A DNA stretch of 32,000 nt, from positions 540,001-572,000 of the forward strand of contig NZ_CP013011.1 of the NCBI RefSeq assembly GCF_001412615.1. The letters run 5' to 3'. Positions 1 to 8,271 of the stretch are shown here, piece by piece. Source of the stretch: Pyrodictium delaneyi. Lineage in GTDB: Archaea > Thermoproteota > Thermoprotei_A > Sulfolobales > Pyrodictiaceae. Both the position numbers and the translations under genes were made by a program. The notes under the pieces are model-generated. The model was not told the origin of the DNA and searched no databases. It saw only the letters and a list, made by a program, of their open reading frames with translations. The stretch's first letter is position 1. Each line of letters starts with the position of its first letter.

Positions 1-404
<404 letters not shown>

Positions 405-647
405 CACGGCCGCAAGGCGGGCCCGTGGCCGGGCCACCCCGGTGCCGCCCTGCTATCCCGGATGCCCGGGGTTTAGCCCCGGGCCCGGTGGGCGGGCGGG
501 GTCTGGGCCCCCGTCGGGCCCAAGCGTCCCAGGGGTACGGCCCCCGGGTTTGCTTGGGCCCCCATTGTTACCGCGTGATCGTCCCCGGCGGCCCCGCCGG
601 GTTGTCTCCCCGGCGGGGCTCGCCGTGTTTGAGGGCTTACCGCACTC

Positions 648-668
648 GGAGAGAATATAAGTATTTCG
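648..668 (-). promoter_or_regulatory. putative rRNA operon promoter (TATA box)
   Basis: The minus strand reads CGAAATACTTATATTCTCTCC, an A/T box in otherwise G+C-rich sequence. It lies ~250 nt upstream of the 16S 5' end. The G+C-rich leader (405-~625) is consistent with a processing-stem leader. Confidence 0.5.
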
Positions 669-1067
669 GGGACGTGTTGTGTTAACTCTTCAGAGCCGCT
701 GTATCCCGGTAAAACCCGGTGTTACTGAGGCTTTTTCAATACCGTGTCTGGCTCGTCGGCCCCGATTAATGTATGCCTCATCAGGCCTGATTTAAGATTC
801 TTGGCTAACATGTTCTGGGGTGTATCCTCACCATGCATGTGCCGTGGTAGCTGTGAGGTGGGGCTAGCATCTTCTATGCGGCACACTATACTGTGATGCG
901 GTGGGCACACTAGGGGATTGCCTTGGAGCTGGTATCTACCCTCTGCAACTATTCTTCATTATAGATACTGGTGATATAGTTGGGTAGTTGACGGGGTAGG
1001 GCAAGAGTGTAGAAGTGATTGACCCTTGACGGTGAGCGTAAGAAGGTCGATGAGTGAAGAATGTGGG

Positions 1068-1155
1068 TGTGCCCCCGGCTGGAGGCTAGACCGCCCATCC
1101 CCCGCCGGGCTTTGCCCGGCGTCGCGGCTGCGCCGCCGCCGGGAAGCCGGGGGCC
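1068..1155 (-). other. G+C-rich extended hairpin with K-turn-like GA pairs and a 3' ACA (candidate sRNA or terminator structure)
   Basis: The minus strand reads GGCCCCCGGC-(22 nt)-GA-CGCCGGGC-AAA-GCCCGGCG-GGG-GA-(18 nt)-GCCGGGGGC-ACA. It has a 9-bp basal stem and an 8-bp apical stem. It lies ~60 nt 3' of the stop of CDS 1214..2383. Confidence 0.35.
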
Positions 1156-1213
1156 GTGTAGAAAGCGGGATAATGCAGGTTCCAGTGTATCTGGGTTTCC
1201 CCGGGGCCCGGAG

Positions 1214-2383
1214 CTAGGGGGCGGTGAGCCCCGCCTCCTCGGCCGCCGCCACCCTTAGCTTGCGTAGACACCCCTCGCGGAGCCTTGGCCCCGCCTCTCC
1301 CTCCTCTAGGCACTCCCTAGGTGTATCGTCTGGGCCTAGCACCTCCTCGAGCGCTTCGAGGACTCTAGAGGGTAGACCCTTCCTGTAGACGTCCTCACAG
1401 TCATAGAGGCTTCTAATTGTCCGGGCCGCTGCAGCCTCTACTGCTGCACCGGCTGCTAGGGCCCTCACAGCCTCAAGCTGGAATCCTAGGTGGTGCATCA
1501 TGATACCGCCAATCTTCTTCTTTGAGAGCTGCGTAGCCGCAATATACGCCTCTATTGCTCTGTGGAGCAACTTTGTGAGCTTCCCGGCAGGGTCGCCGGC
1601 TCCACAGGCACTGTAGGTTAGGGGTAGTAGCCAGCGACGGCGGGCGAAGAGGAGGCTGAGGAGTGTTAGGAGCTGCTCCCGCCCCGGTGCGGGGGCCCGG
1701 CCCTTGGGGGTCCGCGGCTCTAGCATCCGCTTGGGCAGTTTACCGGGGGCTAGCGATACAGTATAGCGGAGAGCTCCAATTGAATCCATCGACATGTATT
1801 CTATGAGTTCTACTGCGTCTCCGCGCTTCGCCGGGTAGGGCCGCTGCTCAGCAGCAACCGCCTCGAGCCCAGCGCCGATTAGTGCTGCTGCGGCTGCAGC
1901 CGCCTCGAGGGATAGAGCTTGTAGCGCGCTGTGTCCCTCCTCGTCTAGGAGGACGCGGATAACCGATGGGGGCCGGCGGCTCTGCTGGACCGTTTCCAGG
2001 ACCGCGTAGAGCGTAAAGGCTAAGGCATCGCCCGGCGTTGCCGTGAACCTCCAGCCACCCATTACACCCCTCCAGGGCACAGCACGGTAGACTGTACGGC
2101 GGCAGGCCGAGAGCGGAAGACGCAGCCCGCAGTGCCTCTCCATGTAGCTCTGCAGCTTCTCTAGCACTTCGCTGTAGGACTCGGAACGCGGGAACGCGCT
2201 GACTTGCGGCCACACACTATAGATGTCTGGTACTAATACTAGACCTGTGCTGTCGTAGACATTTGGGTCTAGCAGTGGTGCCACTGGGTCTAGCGCTTCA
2301 GCAGCCGCCGCGCCGTAGACGTACTCGAGCTTCTCGCTTCTCCGGAAGGGACTCCCCATGACGTATACTGCTAGCCCGGGCAA
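1214..2383 (-). CDS. hypothetical protein (389 aa, Ala/Leu-rich, ~67% G+C), last gene of the ABC operon
   Basis: This is a long ORF with no recognisable catalytic motif. It is co-oriented with the ABC permease and lies 70 nt downstream of it. Confidence 0.6.
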   Translation of the reverse strand: MPGLAVYVMGSPFRRSEKLEYVYGAAAAEALDPVAPLLDPNVYDSTGLVLVPDIYSVWPQVSAFPRSESYSEVLEKLQSYMERHCGLRLPLSACRRTVYRAVPWRGVMGGWRFTATPGDALAFTLYAVLETVQQSRRPPSVIRVLLDEEGHSALQALSLEAAAAAAALIGAGLEAVAAEQRPYPAKRGDAVELIEYMSMDSIGALRYTVSLAPGKLPKRMLEPRTPKGRAPAPGREQLLTLLSLLFARRRWLLPLTYSACGAGDPAGKLTKLLHRAIEAYIAATQLSKKKIGGIMMHHLGFQLEAVRALAAGAAVEAAAARTIRSLYDCEDVYRKGLPSRVLEALEEVLGPDDTPRECLEEGEAGPRLREGCLRKLRVAAAEEAGLTAP

Positions 2384-2452
2384 GGCCCTCCACTACACCC
2401 TAAGAACCGTAGCTCCTCGTCGAGGAGGAAAAGAGGGATACCCCCAAGGAGG

Positions 2453-3460
2453 CTAGAGGGTGTATCGGGCAAAGTACCTGTCTAGTAGCGCCCACAGCGC
2501 CACTGTAGCCACGGCTGTCGAGACAGCGCCTAGAAGTACTAGCGTGCCTACTGTGGGGAGCTGCGAATGGATGGGGAGCCCTAGCATTGATGGGCTTGGC
2601 GACGCGCCAGGGCCTGAGATGAGAAGGTCTGCTATCCTCGCAGGAAGCTGGAAGCTCCCGTGGAGCGGCTCTAGCGCGTTGAGCAAGTATACCTGGTACA
2701 CCGCGTCAGCCAGCGCTCCAGGGTGATCCCTGAGTGATGCTAGGCCTAGTAGGAGGGGCAGAGCTGAGACCATGCTGCCCGCCACATAGAGGGCTACCGC
2801 CGCTATGGCTGCCGTGGTTACACGCTGTAGCTTGAGGCCTAGCAAGGCAGCTGCTAGAGCTAGGGGTAGGCTTGCAACTGCTAGGAGTAGACCGTAGACA
2901 GGTATTATCCATGGTGCTTCTTGCCTAGCTAATGCTATACTCATTGAGGCGTAGACTGAGGCAGCAGAGACCATGTAGATGAGTGTCAGCATAGCTACCA
3001 TGGCTAGTATCTTTGCTGCTAGTATCCTTCTCCTGGAGACTGGCCGTAGAGCTAGGAGTTGTAGTCTCCCACTACCAGCGTCGCTCGCAAGAAGCGAGGC
3101 GCCCAGTATGGCCGAGAATAGCCAGGCGAAGCTCGATATGCTGGTTATCTGTATAGGGAGTATACCGGATAGCACTGAAACATCGCCGCCATGGACTGTC
3201 TGGGCTCCTAGGGCTACTAGCCACATCCGGCGTACAAGGTTCTCGAGGCCATACATCTGGACGATTTCGTGCAGGCTCCCCCGGAGCATGAAGCCTACCA
3301 GGAGGGGTAGCAGCGATATAGCTAGGAGGAGCTGTACCCCGCGGCGTCTAGCCTGCCAGACTATCTCTACCCAGAGTAGGGCCCGGAAGCCAGGCACGGC
3401 TGGAGCCCTACGCTGCTGTGCCTCTTCCACGGCCAGCCCGGCCCTCCAGCACCTCCCCAC
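2453..3460 (-). CDS. ABC-2-type transporter permease
   Basis: The 335-aa protein has about six hydrophobic spans. Its ORF overlaps the end of the upstream ATPase gene by 53 nt. The true start may be an internal GTG. Confidence 0.7.
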   Translation of the reverse strand: MGRCWRAGLAVEEAQQRRAPAVPGFRALLWVEIVWQARRRGVQLLLAISLLPLLVGFMLRGSLHEIVQMYGLENLVRRMWLVALGAQTVHGGDVSVLSGILPIQITSISSFAWLFSAILGASLLASDAGSGRLQLLALRPVSRRRILAAKILAMVAMLTLIYMVSAASVYASMSIALARQEAPWIIPVYGLLLAVASLPLALAAALLGLKLQRVTTAAIAAVALYVAGSMVSALPLLLGLASLRDHPGALADAVYQVYLLNALEPLHGSFQLPARIADLLISGPGASPSPSMLGLPIHSQLPTVGTLVLLGAVSTAVATVALWALLDRYFARYTL

Positions 3461-4409
3461 GACTACCAGATACTAATCGTATATATGCCTCCTCTAGGCT
3501 TATATTCCGAGCTATTATGGTGTAGACGCGTACACCGCCCGTTACGAGCGCCTCCACGACCCCGGGTACATCGTCCCGGGACCCCACATGTACAGCTACA
3601 CGGCGGCCCGTGCCGAGCCGGGAAACCTCATAGCCCCTCGCAGCAAGCACCTCAATAGCCCTGCCTGGGTCATCCACCTCGGCTTCAACGACTACTCCCA
3701 CGGATAGCCTCCTTCTCAGCTCCTCGACGCTACCACTATACACGACCCTGCCACGATAGATCACAGTGACCTCGGAGGCCAGTTCCTCGACCTCTCTTAG
3801 TAGGTGGCTGCTGAGGAGGACTGCAGTCTCCCGGGAGAGATCCGCCACGAGGCTACGGATTGATACAACACCCTCCGGGTCTAGACCGGTAAAGGGCTCG
3901 TCCAGTACGTAGAGCTCGCGGGGCTGCAGAAGGGCCTGAGCAAAGTGTAGGCGCTTACGCTCGCCCTTACTCAGCCCCCGGATCCTCCGGCTCCGCAGCT
4001 CCCAGAGGCCAACAGCCTCCAGCACCTGCCGTGCAGCCTTGACCGCATCTAGCCGGGAGAGACCCTCGAGCACACCTAGCTCTATGAGGAGTTCTTCCAC
4101 CGTATATTCGCCGGGGAACACTGGAACCTCCGCAACGTAGCCTATGAGGCTCCGGAGCCTCCATCCTTTGCTCGAGGCGAGGTCGTATCCGTGGAATAGT
4201 ATTTTGCCGGAATCGGGGACCGCTAGACCAACAATACACTTCATGGTGGTAGTCTTCCCAGCCCCATTTGGACCCACTAGGCCATGAATACCCCTCTTGA
4301 CTTGGAAACTGACACCGTTAACTGCTACTAGCGTACCATACCTCTTAACGAGGCTTTCTACTGAAAGGACAGCACCGAAAACCACATCATGTCCCCTAGC
4401 TAGACGCAC
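3408..4409 (-). CDS. ABC transporter ATP-binding protein
   Basis: Walker A is GPNGAGKTT, the ABC signature is LSKGERKRL and Walker B is LYVLDEP. A ~100-aa C-terminal extension is present. Confidence 0.9.
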   Translation of the reverse strand: MRLARGHDVVFGAVLSVESLVKRYGTLVAVNGVSFQVKRGIHGLVGPNGAGKTTTMKCIVGLAVPDSGKILFHGYDLASSKGWRLRSLIGYVAEVPVFPGEYTVEELLIELGVLEGLSRLDAVKAARQVLEAVGLWELRSRRIRGLSKGERKRLHFAQALLQPRELYVLDEPFTGLDPEGVVSIRSLVADLSRETAVLLSSHLLREVEELASEVTVIYRGRVVYSGSVEELRRRLSVGVVVEAEVDDPGRAIEVLAARGYEVSRLGTGRRVAVHVGSRDDVPGVVEALVTGGVRVYTIIARNISLEEAYIRLVSGSRGEVLEGRAGRGRGTAA

Positions 4410-4822
4410 TCACGTGAGATCCCTGGCATCCCATAGAAACGGCTCACCTAGCTCTCCAAATATACAGTATACCATACACAAGTATAGTTACAAACAGTAC
4501 AACTATGCTAGATAAAGGCTAGGTTATGTTCACACATGGTAATTAAGTAGGATAGGCTGTTCAACAAGCAAGCAACCCACTACCACTCGACGAGCAGCAC
4601 AGCTACGACACCTACTGCACACGGAGTAAAAATACTAGCAGGGAGACTAAAGGAGCAGCCTGCTTAAGCCTTGCAACACTGCTACAAGCGGCTCGGTGCG
4701 CGGCCTCGCCCACACCGCCCCCTGAGGAGTCCCGACAACGCTTGTACAGGGCTTCGGGTGTCCGGCAGAGCGTCCTCACAGCCAAGGAAGAAGATAGGTA
4801 AAGAGGCGGCCGGGTCCTGGGG

Positions 4823-4899
<77 letters not shown>

Positions 4900-4991
4900 A
4901 CCCTCCATGAGTAGCTGGCACTCGGTATGACTAGCCTATAAGCGTTCTCCCTACATCATCTGCTCCAGTGATACCTAGGCACACACCGTAG

Positions 4992-5096
4992 GGGCTCAGA
5001 TGCGGGCCTTACCGCCATCCCCCGCGCATAGCGCGGGGTTTAGCGAAGCTAGCTCGGGTCTTCAACCCGGGTTCCCTCTTCATGGCCCCGCTGACC
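4992..5096 (+). other. candidate structured RNA (three-way junction), unassigned
   Basis: A closing helix pairs 5002-5008 with 5084-5091. It encloses two perfect hairpins. The first is 5020-5038 (CCCCGCGC-ATA-GCGCGGGG). The second is 5053-5071 (CTCGGGT-CTTCA-ACCCGGG), whose U:G wobble only pairs on the plus strand. Confidence 0.3.
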
Positions 5097-5303
5097 AGCC
5101 TTTGGATATACTGTGCTATTTGTGACACTGCCGCCAGAGTCCGGGGAGGCACGGAGACCTATATTAGGCCACTCCCAGGCTGACAGCACTGCGACACGGA
5201 AGACAGGGCCGCCTCCGGAGAGCCCGCCCAAAGGGCGGGTGATGAGGCTCAGCGGCCTCGCGTCGGGAGCACCCTGCAGCGAGGGCAGCTGTGACGCGTG
5301 AGA

Positions 5304-5380
5304 GGCCGCCGTAGCTCAGCCGGTAGAGCGCGGGGCTGTGGACCCCGAGGTCCCGGGTTCAAATCCCGGCGGCGGCCCCA
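5304..5380 (+). tRNA. tRNA-His (anticodon GTG) with encoded G-1 and CCA
   Basis: The sequence is G-GCCGCCG-TA-GCTC-AGCCGGTA-GAGC-G-CGGGG-CTGTGGA-CCCCG-AGGTC-CCGGG-TTCAAAT-CCCGG-CGGCGGC-C-CCA. The extra 5' G opposite C73 is the His identity element. Confidence 0.95.
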
Positions 5381-5473
5381 TTCACACCTTCTATACCTTC
5401 TGCAACCGCCATACGACCCAGCTATATGGATGCATGGCTTTCAGGGAGGACAACTGCCTTCAGCGCTTATACC

Positions 5474-5488
5474 TTAAGGTTAATTGAT
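5474..5488 (+). promoter_or_regulatory. putative RNase P RNA promoter (TATA-like TTAAGGTTAATTGAT)
   Basis: This A/T-rich box is centred ~27 nt upstream of the start of the P1 helix at ~5509. Confidence 0.35.
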
Positions 5489-5508
5489 GCCCTGGGACGA
5501 AGTATGCA

Positions 5509-5856
5509 CGGGGTTCTCCGGGCCTCGGCTGGCCGCTGACGGGCCGGAAAGGCCTGAGGAAACTCCGCCCTCCCCGCGGCACCGGGGCCCCGCAAGGGGC
5601 GCGGGTGAAACCCGCGGCAACGGCACAGAAACGGCACGCCCGCCCGCGGGAGGACTGTGATGCGGAGAGGGCCCGCCGGTAACGGTGGGCCAGTAACCCG
5701 CTGAGGACCCGGGCGGGTGCGTTGAAACGGCCGTCCCCCCGGGGAGCAAGGCGGCGCGCCGATGAGGGCCGCGCGACTGGCGCGCCGGTGTCCGCTTAGT
5801 CGAATGCGGCCGTAGGTACAGAAGGCGGGTTATAGCCGGGGCCCGGAGAACCCCGT
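5509..5856 (+). ncRNA. rnpB: RNase P RNA (archaeal type A)
   Basis: The P1 helix pairs GGGGTTCTCCGGGCC (5510-) with GGCCCGGAGAACCCC (-5855). A CR-I-like block is GAGGAAACTCCGCCC. ACAGAAA is present. A CR-IV-like block is GGGTGCGTTGAAACGGCC. A CR-V-like block is ACAGAAGGCGGGTTATAG. Length is ~350 nt and the region is G+C-rich. Confidence 0.85.
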
Positions 5857-5983
5857 AGCTAATGATGCCGGAGCCCTACGGACCACACGGTCTGCCTACG
5901 AGACGGTCCGGAGGCTTATCCGGCGGACTCATCGCCACATATTAGGTGTATGCTGGGCTGTTCTGGCTCCTGGGTGGCCCTGG

Positions 5984-6394
5984 ATGGGTAGGCGGAGGCG
6001 TAAGTATCGGAAGCCACAACTGCTGAGAGCACCTAGAACACTCCCTACCATATTCGACTGCCCTCACTGCGGCGCTCGCGCTGTGAGCGTCGAGATAAGG
6101 AAGAAGGAGAAGAACGAGCGTGGAGAAGTGAAGGCTATAGTTAAGTGCGGTAAGTGCGGCCTATACGCCGAGATGTGGGTACCACAGATATTCCAGCCCG
6201 TCGACGTGTACTCGAGATTCCTAGACGCGTACCTCGAGGGGAGGCTAGAGTACACGTTCATCAAGGAGGGCGGAGAGGCTACTATCTCGCTCGAAGAACT
6301 AGCCTCGGAGAGCGAGGAAGGCGAGGAGGCGGTTGAGGGTGGCGAAGCCTGGGAGAGTGGAGTCGAGTCTGAGAAGGAAGGTAGAGGCTGGTGA
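5984..6394 (+). CDS. elf1: transcription elongation factor Elf1 homologue (Zn ribbon) with acidic C-terminal tail
   Basis: The N-terminus MGRRRRKYRKP is basic. A C4 ribbon is formed by CPHC...CGKC. The motif PVDVYSRFLDAY matches the eukaryotic Elf1 pattern. The tail is Glu-rich. Confidence 0.75.
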   Translation: MGRRRRKYRKPQLLRAPRTLPTIFDCPHCGARAVSVEIRKKEKNERGEVKAIVKCGKCGLYAEMWVPQIFQPVDVYSRFLDAYLEGRLEYTFIKEGGEATISLEELASESEEGEEAVEGGEAWESGVESEKEGRGW

Positions 6395-7082
6395 GAAGCT
6401 CTTCTTCCTTCTCTCGGACCCCGAGAAGCCCCTGGAAGTCGATACAGTGGTACAGTTCGAGGAGAGCGGTGCCGACGCGCTATTGATAGGCGGTAGTTTG
6501 AACGTCACTCCATACGATATAGACGAGTATATTAGTTCGCTCCGGGCAGAGGGCGTAAAGCTGCCGATTATACTGTTTCCTGGAGGCCTCAATAACATAG
6601 CTAAAAGCGCTGATGCGATACTCTTTATGTCGCTGCTTAATAGCCTTGATCCCTACTGGCTCATAGGCGCACAAGTATCGGCAGCTATGCTTGTAAAACG
6701 CCTGGGCCTCGAGGCTATACCAACAGCCTACATCATAATCGGGCATGGTGGCGCCGCCGGCCACATAGGTAGGGCCCAGCCAGTACCACTGGAGAATGCC
6801 TACATAGTGGCGGCCTACGCTGCTGCAGCAGAGCTACTAGGCTTTCGCGCCATATATGTAGAAGCTGGCTCAGGATCACCTACGCCTGTCCCCCTCGATG
6901 CCGTTAAACATGCAAGAGCAGCAATAGAGGATACATTACTGATAGCTGGCGGAGGTATAAAGACACCAGAGTATGCCAAGAACGTTGTAGAGTCTGGAGC
7001 GGATGCCATAGTGGTAGGTACACTCGCTGAGAAGAACCCCGGTGAAGCAATTAAGATACTAGAGGCGATCAAGAGGAAATAG
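6333..7082 (+). CDS. geranylgeranylglyceryl phosphate (GGGP) synthase, PcrB family
   Basis: Motifs seen are LFFLLSDPEK, LLIGGS and IAGGGIKTPE. The tracked start is TTG at 6333, and GTG at 6357 is an alternative. Either start overlaps the elf1 3' end. Confidence 0.85.
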   Translation: MRVAKPGRVESSLRRKVEAGEKLFFLLSDPEKPLEVDTVVQFEESGADALLIGGSLNVTPYDIDEYISSLRAEGVKLPIILFPGGLNNIAKSADAILFMSLLNSLDPYWLIGAQVSAAMLVKRLGLEAIPTAYIIIGHGGAAGHIGRAQPVPLENAYIVAAYAAAAELLGFRAIYVEAGSGSPTPVPLDAVKHARAAIEDTLLIAGGGIKTPEYAKNVVESGADAIVVGTLAEKNPGEAIKILEAIKRK

Positions 7083-7096
7083 TGTCAGACAAACTT

Positions 7097-7426
7097 CTAG
7101 GACTCCTTTCTATCCTTTTTGTCCACTGTTTTATTATTCTGATTATCTATCTGATTATCTAAACATGAAGCCGCATTGAGCTCACTACTATACTTGACCC
7201 TTAGAGCTTCCTCAGCATCTATACCTACCATAGCTGCTAGGCTGAGCGTCCATGCTATCACATCAGCTATCTCCTCGGCTATCTGTTTTCTATCACCTTT
7301 AAGGAGGGCTTCTCCAAGCTCACCAACCTCTTCCACGAGCCATGTAAATGTAGCATAGAGTCCACGGCCAACATCTCTATGACGGAAAGCCTTCTCCATA
7401 GCACGTTGTATACATGACAGCTCCAT
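7097..7426 (-). CDS. MazG-like nucleotide pyrophosphohydrolase
   Basis: The MazG metal-binding motifs EEVGELGEAL...EEIADVIAWTLSLA are present. The C-terminal tail is low-complexity. Confidence 0.75.
   Translation of the reverse strand: MELSCIQRAMEKAFRHRDVGRGLYATFTWLVEEVGELGEALLKGDRKQIAEEIADVIAWTLSLAAMVGIDAEEALRVKYSSELNAASCLDNQIDNQNNKTVDKKDRKES
7139..7161. repeat. tandem 12-bp duplication (CTGATTATCTA x2) inside the mazG-like 3' end
   Basis: CTGATTATCTA occurs at 7139-7149 and again at 7151-7161. This encodes the repeated DNQ(I/N) in the protein tail. Confidence 0.8.
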
Positions 7427-7591
7427 CGCCGGCCACCAGATAAACCCAAATTCATATGGCTAACGACTTTTCTAGCCTCTTTCAGCGCATGATCTTAGGC
7501 CCATACCGAGACATGCAAACTGAGAAGCTGATGGCCTTGAAGACCAGTGAATCACCCATACAAATTAGCTATGTGAGAAGCCGCCCCACAG

Positions 7592-7786
7592 TTATATTAA
7601 GCTAAATACTATTACAGCAGCGATGAACCCTATTGTTATCATCATTACATGGAGTGGCTTTATCCTAAACAATGCATCTTCTTCACTGAAGGCCAGTAGA
7701 CCAGCTGCTGTGAAGACTGTCGGTGTAGTATCCTTGCCCTTACCCTCCTTCTCCTTCTTGCTACTCTTCTTTGCATTACGCGCCAT
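7592..7786 (-). CDS. secG: preprotein translocase subunit Sec61beta (SecG)
   Basis: The 64-aa protein has a Lys-rich N-terminus, the motif AAGLLAFSEE and a single C-terminal TM span (MMITIGFIAAVIVFSLI). Confidence 0.8.
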   Translation of the reverse strand: MARNAKKSSKKEKEGKGKDTTPTVFTAAGLLAFSEEDALFRIKPLHVMMITIGFIAAVIVFSLI

Positions 7787-7896
7787 GAGCTAGGCGTCAC
7801 CCCCCGGTAACTGTTGCGTACCGCTGGAGAGTGTCTTACCTCTTTCCCTCCAGATCTAGAGGCTGCACAGACAGTACTAGACCCACTACTGTCCCA

Positions 7897-7919
7897 CTCC
7901 ACAGGAAAGCTAGGGGTTG
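7897..7919 (+). repeat. ORB-like box a
   Basis: CTCCACAGGAAAGCTAGGGGTTG matches box d at 18/23 positions. It shares the CTCCA...GGAAA...GGGGT frame. Confidence 0.5.
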
Positions 7920-7974
7920 TATGACTAACCTTTTCACTTATTCAATACAATGCTAATATTTGTCTTTGGGAGGG

Positions 7975-7996
7975 ACCCCTCTGTTTCTACTGGATA
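7975..7996 (-). repeat. ORB-like box b (inverted)
   Basis: The rc reads TATCCAGTAGAAACAGAGGGGT. It is 19/21 identical to box d over TCCAGTRGAAACNGAGGGGT. Confidence 0.7.
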
Positions 7997-8164
7997 AGTA
8001 CAGACGTCGCAATCAATCTATGGATCTATTATGTCTCACTCATTAGTATTGAATGAAAGTTTAGACAAACCAAATTATATGGAATTTAATGTTGAGCGTT
8101 AAAGCTGTAATGACAGAAACGAATGGCCAACATATCTGCGGTCCATGTAATGTTGCGCAAATTG

Positions 8165-8185
8165 TCTACTTGAAACGGCGGGGTC
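8165..8185 (+). repeat. ORB-like box c (degenerate)
   Basis: TCTACTTGAAACGGCGGGGTC matches box d at 15/20 positions. It keeps the GAAAC-N3-GGGGT half. Confidence 0.4.
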
Positions 8186-8271
8186 TGTCTCCGGAGTACT
8201 GCTAAGTTGTCACCCTTGGCGCCAGCACAGCTACAGCAATGCCAGTAGTACTGTTGTGGGTATATGGTGGG

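Noticed and set aside
722-910. 62-aa minus-strand ORF between the rRNA promoter and the G+C hairpin
   Set aside because: It has no motif, no clear start context and an odd composition. It cannot be supported as a gene from sequence alone.
2979-3476. Long antisense ORFs inside confident CDSs (for example 2979..3476, 1848..2213, 17116..17424, 24012..24338, 24820..25095, 28849..29181, 31589..31891)
   Set aside because: Each lies opposite a gene with clear family motifs and has a low-complexity Ser/Ala/Pro-rich translation. These are shadow ORFs.
4985-5301. 5S rRNA or SRP (7S) RNA in the spacer between tRNA-Ala and tRNA-His
   Set aside because: The conserved 5S block CGAACCCGGAAGUUAAGC is absent on both strands. 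No helix-8-type GNAR tetraloop with a flanking AGCA/GGCA loop was found. The 5' and 3' ends do not pair as SRP helices require. Only superficial similarity (CAUAGCGCGGGG) was seen.
5239-5301. C/D-box sRNA starting at the GUGAUGA just upstream of tRNA-His
   Set aside because: The C box is perfect, but no CUGA D box is present; only GUGA occurs at 5291 and 5298. No D'/C' pair lies at 12-nt spacing. It is kept only as a K-turn-like element in the finding above.
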